Virus record (IMG/VR): IMGVR_UViG_3300035698_025127
Location: 32,001 to 96,000 of that record
Direction: 5' to 3' (one strand)
Length of the DNA stretch: 64,000 bases
DNA from: a virus
In this document: positions 19,181 through 29,564 of the stretch, one piece after another
How the letters are laid out: each line of letters opens with the position of its first letter
Position numbering within the stretch: the first letter of the stretch is position 1
The notes under the pieces: generated by a model
What the model was told of the DNA's origin: nothing
Seen by the model: the letters and a program-made list of their open reading frames with translations, nothing else
Database searches by the model: none
Position numbers and translations under genes: made by a program

Positions 19181-21420
19181 TGTTTGAACATTTTGGTCCA
19201 GAAACAATTGATATTACTTATAGTACAAATATAGCATTGCAGAATCTAGGCACGGCAAGCGATTTAAAAGCCTATTTAAAAGAAGAAATAGATGAAATTA
19301 ATAAGCATTCTATTGACGTTTTAGCATTAGGCGATGACATTGAAAATCCCAATAATATTCTGTTATATTATTTTTTGGGTATGGCAAAAATACCTAATAA
19401 GTTACAGCATTATTGGAGTGAGGGTGACTTCCCTGATATTGATGCTGATTTTGCACCCGAAGGTAGAGAAGCAATTAAAAAATATCTGGAACACCGGTTC
19501 GGCAAAGAACATGTAAAATCTGTTGTAGCTTGGGGTAGAAGTAGTTTTAATAGTGCTTTTAAGGACCTTTGTGACGCGCTTGGCATTCAAAGAACATATG
19601 TAAATAAGTTTACAAAGATTTTGGATGAAGAAGAAGGCCTAGACGAAACTGAAGATAAGATTAATTATCTTAAAGATAAGTTTCCAGAAATGAAACAAAT
19701 TTTTGACAGTAATCCTAAGTTATCTGAATGGCTACCGGTTTATTATGGTGTTATTAAGAATATCGGCCAACATGCAGCGGCCATAGTTGTAAGTGGCGAT
19801 TCGCTTACAGAACATTTGCCACTTATTAAAAAGGCCAAAGGCGATGAAATTCTTATCGGTCATTCGGAATCAAGCAAGCTAAAAGAATTACAACCGCAAG
19901 GGTTTATTAAATACGACTTTCTGGGACTCAAACATGTTTCTATTTTGAGTACTGCTATTGATTATGTACAGAAAAATCACGATATAATTATTGATGAAAA
20001 ATTCTGGAATGATGTTGGTATAAAAGATACAAAGACTTTTGATTTGGCTCAATCCGGAGAATTAGATGGTATATTTCAATTTGAAGGTGGTGCCGGTTAC
20101 AAATGCATTATGGAAATTAAGCCTAATAACTTAGATGATTTATCTTTTGCTAATGCAGGTATGCGCCCGGGTGCATTAGAAGCTAAATTGCCGCAAATAT
20201 ATTACAAGAGAATGCACGGTATGAGTGACGAGAAGGCCCTTGATATCAATGGGTTATCTCAATATGGCGTTAATGAAATGTTTATTAAGTCATTGTCTAA
20301 AACATATGGATTAATTGTCTATCAAGAGCAGATTATGCAGTTCTTGCATTATGTCGGTGGTATTGATTTACCGAAGACTAATAAGGTGCGTAAAGTAATT
20401 ACAATTGAAATGTCAAAACGTCGGCCGGAACATACTGTAATTATGGATGACGTTTATACAAAGTATATGATACATACAATAGAAGCTCTTAATATGCCTA
20501 AAGAATTGGCACAGGAGTGGTGGGATAACGTAGTTGGTCAAGCTGGCTATTCTTTTAATGCTTCTCACTCATACGCATATGCCATTATTGCATATCGCGA
20601 ATTATATATTAAAGCCCATTATCCTGTGGAATTTTTTCTGGCCCTTTTGGGTCAGTCTAAAAGTACCAAAGACAAAATAGGCGAATATATTGGGGCCGCT
20701 AGACGTTTTGGCATTGAAATTTTGCCGCCCGACATAAACAAGTCAGAAATAGAGCATTCGCCCGAAGGTACAAATTCCATTAGGCTCGGCTTATCCCTTA
20801 TCAAAAGTCTTAACAAGGCATCAACTGCCAAGATTATGGCAAAGAGACCTTTTGTTTCTTACGAGGATTACCTTAAAAGAGGCCCAACTTCAATGACCGC
20901 TATCAAGGCTTTAGTTTACTCTGGCGCGTTGGATACAATGGGACGTCGCGGCAATATGATAGACATGTATGCTGAACGTGTGAAAAAGAATATCCCGCAA
21001 TGCCTAGTTGCCGATTATTTAAGGTTAGAACAAGATTATATAGGATATACGTTTAGTGCAAGTACATTTGTTGAAATACCAAACGAAGTATTAGCGATGG
21101 AACATTTAAAGCGTTTTGATGAAATTCCGGAAGTTATTATTATGGGGTTTGTTGAAAACGTCATTGAATCAAAATTAAAAAGTGGCAAAAGTGTTGGCGA
21201 ATACTATGGCATTTACGAAATAACAAATTATAGAACCAATATTACCGGCGTCAAAATGTGGGCGGAAATATACAAAGAATATGGATTCAAACTTGTGCCG
21301 GGAAGTTGGTTTAAGGCTGTTATGCAAAAAAATAAGTATGGATGGTCTTTTAAGAGAATTTTAGAACATGCAGAACATGGCATAGAAGAACTTACGGAGC
21401 GTGAAACAAAAAATGATTAA
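19180..21420 (+). CDS. dnaE: DNA polymerase III alpha (DnaE), C-terminal/catalytic part
   Basis: PDIDADF, GQHAAAIV, IKYDFLGL, GIFQFE, RPG, TYGLIVYQEQIM, YSFNASHSYAY, LPPDINKS, IRLGL; no PHP domain. Confidence 0.93.
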   Translation: MFEHFGPETIDITYSTNIALQNLGTASDLKAYLKEEIDEINKHSIDVLALGDDIENPNNILLYYFLGMAKIPNKLQHYWSEGDFPDIDADFAPEGREAIKKYLEHRFGKEHVKSVVAWGRSSFNSAFKDLCDALGIQRTYVNKFTKILDEEEGLDETEDKINYLKDKFPEMKQIFDSNPKLSEWLPVYYGVIKNIGQHAAAIVVSGDSLTEHLPLIKKAKGDEILIGHSESSKLKELQPQGFIKYDFLGLKHVSILSTAIDYVQKNHDIIIDEKFWNDVGIKDTKTFDLAQSGELDGIFQFEGGAGYKCIMEIKPNNLDDLSFANAGMRPGALEAKLPQIYYKRMHGMSDEKALDINGLSQYGVNEMFIKSLSKTYGLIVYQEQIMQFLHYVGGIDLPKTNKVRKVITIEMSKRRPEHTVIMDDVYTKYMIHTIEALNMPKELAQEWWDNVVGQAGYSFNASHSYAYAIIAYRELYIKAHYPVEFFLALLGQSKSTKDKIGEYIGAARRFGIEILPPDINKSEIEHSPEGTNSIRLGLSLIKSLNKASTAKIMAKRPFVSYEDYLKRGPTSMTAIKALVYSGALDTMGRRGNMIDMYAERVKKNIPQCLVADYLRLEQDYIGYTFSASTFVEIPNEVLAMEHLKRFDEIPEVIIMGFVENVIESKLKSGKSVGEYYGIYEITNYRTNITGVKMWAEIYKEYGFKLVPGSWFKAVMQKNKYGWSFKRILEHAEHGIEELTERETKND

Positions 21421-21874
21421 ATTTACTAATAAGGTTGATTCTATTCTAAAAAAATGGCATAGAATGCAATCTGAAAATCCACAGTTGTTTAGAATTACCA
21501 ATCAAGTAAGATTCCACAATGATGATACTATTGGTTTGATTACGTACAAATTTAAGTTTGGCAAACGCGAACTTTCTTACAATATAGTTGTTACAGAACG
21601 TGACGATGGTATATATAGTCTTGCCGGTACTATAATAAGTGCCAATAATATTCCTATTGCACGGTCACGTCTAAAATATAAGTCATTTGAAATATATATT
21701 AGAGGGGCTGATGATCTTATGAATGCGTTGTTTGTCAAAATATGGCCGGAAGTAAGATACTGGCAGGATGTAACACAGTTGAGTTGGCTGAAAATCAACA
21801 CATTTGAATTGTTATATGGTAAAGTTTCTGGATTGCTAAACAAATTAAAGAAAGAAAAGAAAGAGCGGAAATAA
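21413..21874 (+). CDS. Hypothetical protein
   Basis: Overlapping co-oriented ORF. Confidence 0.7.
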   Translation: MIKFTNKVDSILKKWHRMQSENPQLFRITNQVRFHNDDTIGLITYKFKFGKRELSYNIVVTERDDGIYSLAGTIISANNIPIARSRLKYKSFEIYIRGADDLMNALFVKIWPEVRYWQDVTQLSWLKINTFELLYGKVSGLLNKLKKEKKERK

Positions 21875-22273
21875 ATGGATAACCCAAAATTGTTATATAT
21901 GGCTTCACCTTATATGGGAAATAATCTCAACCCCCTATCTATTGAAGTAAATGTCATAGAAGCTAAATATGAAATGCGAATTATTTTACGAAACAAGAAT
22001 TTTGATAGTTATGTCGTTATTTCCCCAGTAATTATGTATGATAGGTTTGGCTTATATATTGATAATAAACCTGAGTTTTGGTATGAATATACACTTAGGT
22101 TGTTGTCACGATGTGACGCACTATGTTTTCATCAGGGGTGGGAAGTCAGCAAAGGAGTTATTGGCGAAGTTCAATTTGCTATTGACCACGATATGCCGAT
22201 ATATTATAAAGGCAAATTAATATCATTTGAAGTAGCACAAAGAATGTTAGATGAAAATGATATTACTAAATAA
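21875..22273 (+). CDS. DUF1937/DUF4406-like (nucleoside deoxyribosyltransferase-fold) protein
   Basis: YMASPY, SP, LLSRCDAL...GWEVSKGV..E...A....MPI. Confidence 0.75.
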   Translation: MDNPKLLYMASPYMGNNLNPLSIEVNVIEAKYEMRIILRNKNFDSYVVISPVIMYDRFGLYIDNKPEFWYEYTLRLLSRCDALCFHQGWEVSKGVIGEVQFAIDHDMPIYYKGKLISFEVAQRMLDENDITK

Positions 22274-22853
22274 CGAGACATACAAAAGGACTATGTTTTG
22301 TACAGATCAAGACGAACTCCATATGATAATGGAATCATTAATGGATTTAGCAGAAGAAAATGCGGACAACGACTTATATATTACTGAAATATATAAAGCA
22401 GTTTTAAATTTGCTAAATAATGAATGGTTAAAGCCGCAAGACTTTTTACACATTGTCGGTACACTCCCTACTATTTTATATGATGCATTAGAACAGGATA
22501 TACAGTCTCTTGAGGTCATTAAAGTGGTATTTGAGCATTATCCGCAATACTTATTTAACAATGAATATGAGTTAAATAGTTCTTTATTGTATTTAATGAT
22601 GATGTATAACTTGACAGACGAACAAAAGTATGCTATAATACGAGATAGCTTAGAAAATTATGTTAATTCGCGGCACCTTTTAGCAGTCTTCAGGAAATAT
22701 AACGAAGTACCGAGAGCACTTTACGAAAGTATTAAGGCCTTTTGTAATACTGTCCCGGACAAGAAACTAAAAAGCAAACTAATTAAGGCTTTTCGAAATG
22801 TTAATATTACAGAATGCAGAGACACGAGAGAGGATTATAAGACTTTTCATTGA
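22251..22853 (+). CDS. Hypothetical protein
   Basis: 200-aa ORF. Confidence 0.7.
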   Translation: MKMILLNNETYKRTMFCTDQDELHMIMESLMDLAEENADNDLYITEIYKAVLNLLNNEWLKPQDFLHIVGTLPTILYDALEQDIQSLEVIKVVFEHYPQYLFNNEYELNSSLLYLMMMYNLTDEQKYAIIRDSLENYVNSRHLLAVFRKYNEVPRALYESIKAFCNTVPDKKLKSKLIKAFRNVNITECRDTREDYKTFH

Positions 22854-23853
22854 TAAGCACTTCTCCGACATTCGATATGCTAATAATACAAGTGGGCGGT
22901 GGATTAATGTTCCAAGTCCAGAAAAGCAAAGAGATACTGATTATCGTCTCGGATTTAATATAGATGCTGGATATGTACATGATTTTACAATTTCAGAAAC
23001 ATGGTCATTCAAAGACTTTGTAGCAAGATATCTTGACATTCACCATAGTGAGGCTGAGGGTGTCATATTTGATATGGCAATTAAAGAAAAAATTATTTCA
23101 CTAAATAATATGCCAAGAAAAAAAGAAGTGGAACCTGAAGTTGCCCCACCGACTAAGCACGTAAAAATATTACCAGAAATATCAATGCCACCACATACAT
23201 TATATGTTGATATGTCAAACAAAAATGGCATTTTGGGTGCAGCTGTTTCGTATCTTGAAGGGCGAGGTATTACTCAGGAATTAGTTGATAAATTCGAAAT
23301 TCGCTATTGTATAGGAGGTCGAGATGGAGGACGAATAATTTTCCCTATTAGAGATATTAATGGTAAAATTGTCATGTATCAGGGGCGAGCGATTAGTGAC
23401 GATTTAACACCTAAATATTTATTTTCTCAGAATGGTAACAAGAAACAAGTAGTATATAATCTATATAATGTTCCAGAAAATCAGCAAATTATTATTTGTG
23501 AGGGTATATTTGATGTGATTGCCGCACATAAGGCAGGATATCATGCTGTAGCAACTTTTGGCAATTCTTTATCTTTTTTTCATCATACGAAGATAAGCAT
23601 AAGGAAACCTAGTAAACTAATCTTAGCTTACGATGTAGATGCAGCAGGTGTTTTAGGTCTAGTGAACGCAAGTAATCTGTTGGATGATTATTTTGTAATT
23701 AATTACCCTAATAATATTGAAGATTTTGGTGATGCGAATGTTGATGAAATACACAGTCTGGTTAAAAATATTGTGCCGTGGACTTCTGGAACATTTTTGC
23801 AATTTTTGCTAAAAGCTGCTTTATTGGAGCGTGAAAAGAAAAATGTCTTGTGA
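22798..23853 (+). CDS. dnaG: DNA primase (DnaG/TOPRIM)
   Basis: YLEGRGI, RIIFPI.D..G....YQGR, PKY, ICEGIFD, AVATFG, YDVDAAG. Confidence 0.9.
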   Translation: MLILQNAETRERIIRLFIDKHFSDIRYANNTSGRWINVPSPEKQRDTDYRLGFNIDAGYVHDFTISETWSFKDFVARYLDIHHSEAEGVIFDMAIKEKIISLNNMPRKKEVEPEVAPPTKHVKILPEISMPPHTLYVDMSNKNGILGAAVSYLEGRGITQELVDKFEIRYCIGGRDGGRIIFPIRDINGKIVMYQGRAISDDLTPKYLFSQNGNKKQVVYNLYNVPENQQIIICEGIFDVIAAHKAGYHAVATFGNSLSFFHHTKISIRKPSKLILAYDVDAAGVLGLVNASNLLDDYFVINYPNNIEDFGDANVDEIHSLVKNIVPWTSGTFLQFLLKAALLEREKKNVL

Positions 23854-23947
23854 TATTATTTTGTTATCTGCCGACGCTACATTAATAGGTATGGTTATTG
23901 GTATCGTTACTATATTTTATTATATATTAAAGTAAAGGCAGACAAAC

Positions 23948-24178
23948 ATGGGAGAAATTAAATTTAGGTTATTGACCAAAGCCGAAGCCGCTGTGTATGG
24001 CTTAAACGGTGGAAATCTTTATTTACAATGGACAAACGGTTTAGCCGATCCAGTTAACCTTATAGAAAGGGCAGAGAATTTTCTATGGGAACAGAAACAC
24101 ATAAGAGCAAAAGTAGACATTTTACCGATCAGACGGAACGCGGTTCTACTGAGGGCGCAGGAATTACCGATAATGTAA
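23948..24178 (+). CDS. Hypothetical protein
   Basis: 76-aa ORF. Confidence 0.55.
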   Translation: MGEIKFRLLTKAEAAVYGLNGGNLYLQWTNGLADPVNLIERAENFLWEQKHIRAKVDILPIRRNAVLLRAQELPIM

Positions 24179-24540
24179 CAAGTTTAATATCAAACGCATT
24201 ATATGGTGATAAGGGCTCAAAACTAGCGCTAAAAGCAGTTTTTATGGATTCGCTTTTAAAACTTCAGAAACATAAAAGTATAAATATTGTCGATTATGTT
24301 GAATTATTATTTGTATTAGTTTCATCTATCGACACATCTCGTACGTTATCTTTAGAGGAGGGCAAAGAAACTCCGCCTCAAGTACCAAAATCAGCTTTAA
24401 TTATGCATAAAGGTGAGCCGTGCTTACAAGTATGGTCATTACCTGATGCTTCGGACAGTTATGTCCGTAAATTAACTGATCTTGAAAATGCAATTTTTAT
24501 TAGACAACAAGGAAAAAATAATGAAGAAAGCGCCGATTAA
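24085..24540 (+). CDS. Hypothetical protein (start uncertain)
   Basis: 151-aa ORF. Confidence 0.6.
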   Translation: MGTETHKSKSRHFTDQTERGSTEGAGITDNVTSLISNALYGDKGSKLALKAVFMDSLLKLQKHKSINIVDYVELLFVLVSSIDTSRTLSLEEGKETPPQVPKSALIMHKGEPCLQVWSLPDASDSYVRKLTDLENAIFIRQQGKNNEESAD

Positions 24541-25000
24541 CGTATATAAAGAGTTATTTCCCGCAATGAAAAAGAAAATGCAGGAACATGAATTTTCTAC
24601 CTCAAAATACTATATTCGTCTAGGAATTGAAGACGGGAAAAAGACTATTTATCCTATTCTAAAGGATAAAGAGAATGGTGAAGTAACTGATACTGATATC
24701 ATGAATATTGACAGTGAAACAGCGGTATGCTTAGTTATTGACTCTGCACAGATTAGATTATATGAAGGAACTGTCATTGGTCCGACTGACGCTTTTATGG
24801 AAATTTTTGAAAATTCACTAATTACTCGTAAAAGTCGAGACAGTTTCAAAAAACAGTATGCGGAAAGTGCAAATGTGCCTATAACTACTGTTGATTTTTG
24901 TGCAGAACATAATATCGCACATCCTAAAAGTTTCGGGTGTCCTCAATGCAATGAAAATTCTCTAAAACAAGCCGAAAAGCTAAAGAATACAGTAAGTTAA
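24521..25000 (+). CDS. Hypothetical protein with C-terminal CxxH...CxxC motif
   Basis: AAGGA RBS; CAEH...CPQC. Confidence 0.7.
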   Translation: MKKAPINVYKELFPAMKKKMQEHEFSTSKYYIRLGIEDGKKTIYPILKDKENGEVTDTDIMNIDSETAVCLVIDSAQIRLYEGTVIGPTDAFMEIFENSLITRKSRDSFKKQYAESANVPITTVDFCAEHNIAHPKSFGCPQCNENSLKQAEKLKNTVS

Positions 25001-25476
25001 TGAATTTAACAGAATATATTGACAACCCGCATAAAATATCAGAATTAAAAATACACGATCTAGTTGTTTTTAATAGTATTGATAATAGTGGCTATGAATG
25101 GGTACAAATATTTGCCACACCGTGGTATGATATTCGTTATAATCACATAGTTATACCATTTTTGCGGAAACATATTCTGGATTATGTCTTTGTAAGTTCT
25201 AAAAATGTCAATTTACAAGAGTGTATTTCTGATACAGATATTAGTGAAATATACAGAATTATTGGAAGTTGGCTGACAGTTGTAAAAAACGAGATCTATT
25301 TAAAGACAATATTCAACAAGTTGACGAGGACACTTCGAGATATTAACATAAATGACGATGTTATATTAGAAATAGTTAGATTATTTGAGGCAGACCAATT
25401 TGCCAGACAAAAGCGTAAATTTGAAGAAAGGATTCACCATGGCGCAAAAGCGAATAAAAAAAGTAGATTTCGATAG
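25000..25476 (+). CDS. Hypothetical protein
   Basis: TAATG coupling. Confidence 0.7.
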   Translation: MNLTEYIDNPHKISELKIHDLVVFNSIDNSGYEWVQIFATPWYDIRYNHIVIPFLRKHILDYVFVSSKNVNLQECISDTDISEIYRIIGSWLTVVKNEIYLKTIFNKLTRTLRDININDDVILEIVRLFEADQFARQKRKFEERIHHGAKANKKSRFR

Positions 25477-26308
25477 AGATTATTTCAACTGGAGGGATGA
25501 CAAAACAAATACTATTCGTCAGGAAGTTTATGCTAATAACTTGTATGAAATATCAGAACAAGTATTAATAGACATGCGCATATGGGATTTTAAAAAGGCA
25601 AAATTTTTACCTGAGCTTGTCTGCAAGGCAGTTTATGCCGGGGATAAATGTAGGCCTGAAGCTAATAATTCAAGTCCTTTTAGCTATATATATGCTGCAC
25701 TATTTAAAACAGTTTTGTCACTAAATAAGGTGCATATCGAAGAATTAAAGCATAGTTCTATTACAAGTGTAGACGACGAATTGGAGCGATATTTAGAATC
25801 GAAAGCCAATAATGGCATTGATTTGTCAGAATATATTGAGGCAACTAAACTTAATTGCGCGATAGATTCTTATATTGCATTAAAAGAAAACTATCGTACT
25901 GACATGTTTGATAGTACGTTTATACAGTGTTGCAAAAATATGGCGGCTTGCGGTCTATCGCGCGAGGAAAGCGATTTAATTGTTAGCAATTTTAATGTAT
26001 CTGATAGCCCGCTTTTTGAAAAAATGCCACATTTAAGTAGCAATTTTATGTATAAGTTAGAAGTCTTGTCGGATTTAATAAATAAGTTAGAGGCAACTAA
26101 TTTTACAACAATGACAACTACTGCCAATGTTTTAGCACGATATAATTCTCTTATACGTAAAGGATATATAAAAATTCGGAAAATTGAAACATTGCACAGA
26201 AACCTTTCCAAGTATGCCGAAAGTAGGGGATTTACACTTATACAGCGTAAATACAATGATAGTTATTTGTTATATTTAGAATTTAATATGGAGAATTTAA
26301 ATGTTTAG
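25439..26308 (+). CDS. Putative phage sigma factor (gp55-like late sigma)
   Basis: DKCRPEANNSSPFSYIYAAL resembles the gp55 region-2 'KF.PEK..NPFAYFT' pattern; weak similarity only. Confidence 0.45.
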   Translation: MAQKRIKKVDFDRDYFNWRDDKTNTIRQEVYANNLYEISEQVLIDMRIWDFKKAKFLPELVCKAVYAGDKCRPEANNSSPFSYIYAALFKTVLSLNKVHIEELKHSSITSVDDELERYLESKANNGIDLSEYIEATKLNCAIDSYIALKENYRTDMFDSTFIQCCKNMAACGLSREESDLIVSNFNVSDSPLFEKMPHLSSNFMYKLEVLSDLINKLEATNFTTMTTTANVLARYNSLIRKGYIKIRKIETLHRNLSKYAESRGFTLIQRKYNDSYLLYLEFNMENLNV

Positions 26309-26732
26309 TATATTAATTTCGTGGTCAATATTGGCTGCTGTAGTGTTTATTGTTTTGTCAGTTTATTTTGTAAAAGAAGTCAGGGCAAAATCTGTTATTA
26401 AAGTTCAATATGATCAAATTGTATTGAAAAACATGCTTAGTTATTTGACACAAGTAGCTTTGTTAAGCCAAACGAGAATACAAAATATCGTCATGGAATC
26501 AGAAAATGCACTTAAAGTATTTCTTGCAAATAACTTAAATGCTGGATATCAAGCATTAACTGATGGTACCGGATTTGAAACTCACGAACCAACATTGTCA
26601 AATGAAGAAATAGTTACAACTCTGGAAAAAATTCGGGAACATAGCGTACGTATAGCTTATACAAGACTCGGATTTGGACTGTGGTTTGTCCAGTTTGCCA
26701 TTTTGCTAACTTTATTTGTAATAGGAACATAA
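26301..26732 (+). CDS. Membrane protein (N- and C-terminal TM helices)
   Basis: Two hydrophobic stretches; GGAG RBS. Confidence 0.7.
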   Translation: MFSILISWSILAAVVFIVLSVYFVKEVRAKSVIKVQYDQIVLKNMLSYLTQVALLSQTRIQNIVMESENALKVFLANNLNAGYQALTDGTGFETHEPTLSNEEIVTTLEKIREHSVRIAYTRLGFGLWFVQFAILLTLFVIGT

Positions 26733-28106
26733 ATGTCACAAGAAGCTGCTCTACAACAGGCAATTAGTAATGCACCCAAGACAGTAGGATTAGGAAAACA
26801 ACTAGAAAAACAAATTATTAGCAATTCACTTGAAAATAGAGAATTCTTTTTATATGCTTATGAACTTATTGAACCTTCACATTTTGACGATCAAAAAAAT
26901 AGTGTCATATGGAGTTTCTTAAAGAAATATTATTCTACATATAAGATAGTGCCTTCCAGGCTTGTTTTGGAAAATGCATTATCAAAGAAAAATATTGATT
27001 TTGAAATACCAGATGTTGATTATAGTTCTATTGATTATGTCAAAGAAGAGGTCTTTAGAATCATAAAATTGCAGAAGTACGAACGTTTTTTGTTAAGTGC
27101 TATTTTACAGGCAAGCGAAACAAACCCGGAATATGACAAGTTATTTGAAGAATTCAAAAAAGTAATTCACATTCAAAATGAAATGTCTGCCGGTATTCAG
27201 TATTTTGATGTAAGAACTCGAATGGAGCGTGCTTCTCAAATGTGGAATGATAGAATTTCTTCAGGATTTCCATCGCTTGATATGCATTTGCCGGGTGGTG
27301 GATTCGGCAGAAAAGAAGCTGCTGCAGTCATGGCCCCGCCGGGTGTTGGAAAATCGTTATGGCTAGTAAATTTCGGCGCGAAGTTTGTTCAACGTGGCAT
27401 GAAAGTCTTACATTTTACACGAGAAGTTTCTGAAGAAATTCTAAGTTTGCGATATGACAGTTGTTATCTTGGTAAAAATTCTGATGATGTACTAAGCAAT
27501 ATTGATTTATCTGTTCAACAGATTGAAGGGTTGCACAGTATTATTTCAAAAGAAAAAGATAAAAATCTGTTATGGGTAAAAGAATTCCCAACTGGTGCAT
27601 CATCTATTAATGAAGCACAGGCTTATTTGCAAATGCTTAAAGATAGGTACAATTTTAAGCCTGATGTAATTATTGATGATTATTTAGACCTTGCGCGCTC
27701 TTCAACTTCTTACAAGTCTTCTTATGAAGAACAGGCAAGTGTTTTCAAAGAGTTTCGAGGGTGGATGGTAAAAGAGAGTATGTGTGGTTTAACCGCACTA
27801 CAAACAACGCGAGAAGCGGAAGGGCTAGTGGAGCCCATTAAAATGAAACATACGTCTGATAGCTATCAAAAACCACGTTTACTTGATTTACTTATGACAA
27901 TAAACGAGTCTCCTAATGACAAAATAAATAGCAAACAGCGTCTGTATTTAGCCAAAAACAGAAATAAGGCTGCTGATACCTCCATTATTTTTGGAGTAAA
28001 TAAACCCAAAATGAGGGTTTTAGATCAAGGCGAAACATATGCCAACAGTCGCGCGGATGCGCCTAGAAGCATTTCGGAAAGGATACATGATGACACTCCA
28101 TTCTAA
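26733..28106 (+). CDS. Replicative DNA helicase, DnaB/gp41-like
   Basis: ISSGFPSLD..L.GGGF, Walker A APPGVGKS, WVKEFPTG, DVIIDDYLDL, TALQT.R, AKNRN. Confidence 0.92.
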   Translation: MSQEAALQQAISNAPKTVGLGKQLEKQIISNSLENREFFLYAYELIEPSHFDDQKNSVIWSFLKKYYSTYKIVPSRLVLENALSKKNIDFEIPDVDYSSIDYVKEEVFRIIKLQKYERFLLSAILQASETNPEYDKLFEEFKKVIHIQNEMSAGIQYFDVRTRMERASQMWNDRISSGFPSLDMHLPGGGFGRKEAAAVMAPPGVGKSLWLVNFGAKFVQRGMKVLHFTREVSEEILSLRYDSCYLGKNSDDVLSNIDLSVQQIEGLHSIISKEKDKNLLWVKEFPTGASSINEAQAYLQMLKDRYNFKPDVIIDDYLDLARSSTSYKSSYEEQASVFKEFRGWMVKESMCGLTALQTTREAEGLVEPIKMKHTSDSYQKPRLLDLLMTINESPNDKINSKQRLYLAKNRNKAADTSIIFGVNKPKMRVLDQGETYANSRADAPRSISERIHDDTPF

Positions 28107-28716
28107 TATCGAAGAAGTTATTATTAATGTGCAAGTAGGTACTGACAGATTAAACCGTTCCTTGACAGACGATTTAAAGATTGACGAGGACCGTATTAAT
28201 CGCTGGTTAATTGAAATTCCGTCAAAAACCGCTTATTGGGGTGCATGGTCAAAACGTGCAAAAATGGAACGACTAAGAGCGGAATACAATAAAGAATCTG
28301 CTCTTATTCAATCAAAAGCAATGGCTCGAAGTGCATTAAATGCTTCCAAAAGAGAAGACTTATTAGCATATGCCAGGGCTAATACGGAAGAAAAGAAAGC
28401 TCTTTTGAAACCAAAGGATGTTACTGAAACCGAAGTGACAGACTTGGCAAAGAATATGCCTGCTTATGTCGATTCTATAGCATTATATTTGAAAACTCGT
28501 GAAGCCGATGAGATGTTAGATGCAGCCATGGAAGCTTTTAAAATTTGTCATGGCGCTTTAATGACATTGGCAGCTAATATGCGTACCGAATACAAAACAT
28601 ATGGAAACCATATTAAGCGTGAAGATTCAGATTTTTCTGGTAAAAATACTTTAGCGAAAGCATCTAAAAATGCCGTAGAATATGCTACAAAAACTATAAA
28701 GGGAATACATGAATAA
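28087..28716 (+). CDS. Recombination mediator, UvsY-like
   Basis: DDLKIDEDRI......IP...AYW helical pattern as in UvsY; recombination cluster. Confidence 0.55.
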   Translation: MMTLHSNIEEVIINVQVGTDRLNRSLTDDLKIDEDRINRWLIEIPSKTAYWGAWSKRAKMERLRAEYNKESALIQSKAMARSALNASKREDLLAYARANTEEKKALLKPKDVTETEVTDLAKNMPAYVDSIALYLKTREADEMLDAAMEAFKICHGALMTLAANMRTEYKTYGNHIKREDSDFSGKNTLAKASKNAVEYATKTIKGIHE

Positions 28717-28936
28717 GTACACAAAGGAAGAGTTAGAGGTCATTAAAATGTGGGAATTTTTTCTTAATGACACTAGTGTTCCAGAAAAGTTATTGTATGA
28801 AAAGGCGATGGAATTGGAAAATATAATGAATGAAATGAGAAAAAATCCATGGTCGCTTTCTATTGAGCCTTTAAATGAAGTTTTTCATAAAATGCAATGT
28901 GATTTTCCAAAACAAAAAGAGGTAAATAATGAATAA
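28709..28936 (+). CDS. Hypothetical protein
   Basis: Overlapping ORF; MNKYT N-terminus shared with next gene. Confidence 0.65.
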   Translation: MNKYTKEELEVIKMWEFFLNDTSVPEKLLYEKAMELENIMNEMRKNPWSLSIEPLNEVFHKMQCDFPKQKEVNNE

Positions 28937-29330
28937 GTACACGCACGAACAATTGATTAATTTTGTGACAAGGTGGTCTGAAATTCTTTCAAAGTTTGAC
29001 ATTTCGGAAGAGCAAATAACCGAGTATGCTGTTAGATTAGAAGAAGCCGATAAACTTCCACTTAATCCTCTTGGTGAAAGTGTTAATACAATTATGAAAA
29101 AAATGTACAAAGAGCTTCCACTTCGTAGTGATAAAAAAGTTCAAGAAATTGAGACTTCAGAAACTGAAAACTATGATTCTTTAAAACTGTTATTTGATGA
29201 GTTAGAGCAAAAACTAGAAAGCGCATTAAATAGAATTGTAAAATTAGAAACAAATTCTAATAGGTACGTTCACCCGCAAATGCGTAGGGACGGATATTGT
29301 GATGGGTTGAGGCGTAGAGGTGGGGGGTAG
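28929..29330 (+). CDS. Hypothetical protein
   Basis: GAGG RBS; MNKYT N-terminus. Confidence 0.7.
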   Translation: MNKYTHEQLINFVTRWSEILSKFDISEEQITEYAVRLEEADKLPLNPLGESVNTIMKKMYKELPLRSDKKVQEIETSETENYDSLKLLFDELEQKLESALNRIVKLETNSNRYVHPQMRRDGYCDGLRRRGGG

Positions 29331-29333
29331 ATA

Positions 29334-29555
29334 ATGTCAAAGAAAATTATTACAAGAAGTATTGTATTTGTTGGCAATCGCGGTATCCCCGAAGAACTTG
29401 AAAATAAAACTGATATTAAGTTATTTGAATATTTGACTGACCATTGTGAAGGCACAATTGTTATGTTTGATAATATGAACCGATCTTGGCGTTGGGGCTG
29501 TAAAAAGCGGGAACGCATGAAAAAGTTACCACATGCAGTTACGCTAATAATTTAG
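29334..29555 (+). CDS. Hypothetical protein
   Basis: 73-aa ORF. Confidence 0.6.
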   Translation: MSKKIITRSIVFVGNRGIPEELENKTDIKLFEYLTDHCEGTIVMFDNMNRSWRWGCKKRERMKKLPHAVTLII

Positions 29556-29564
29556 GAGAACATT

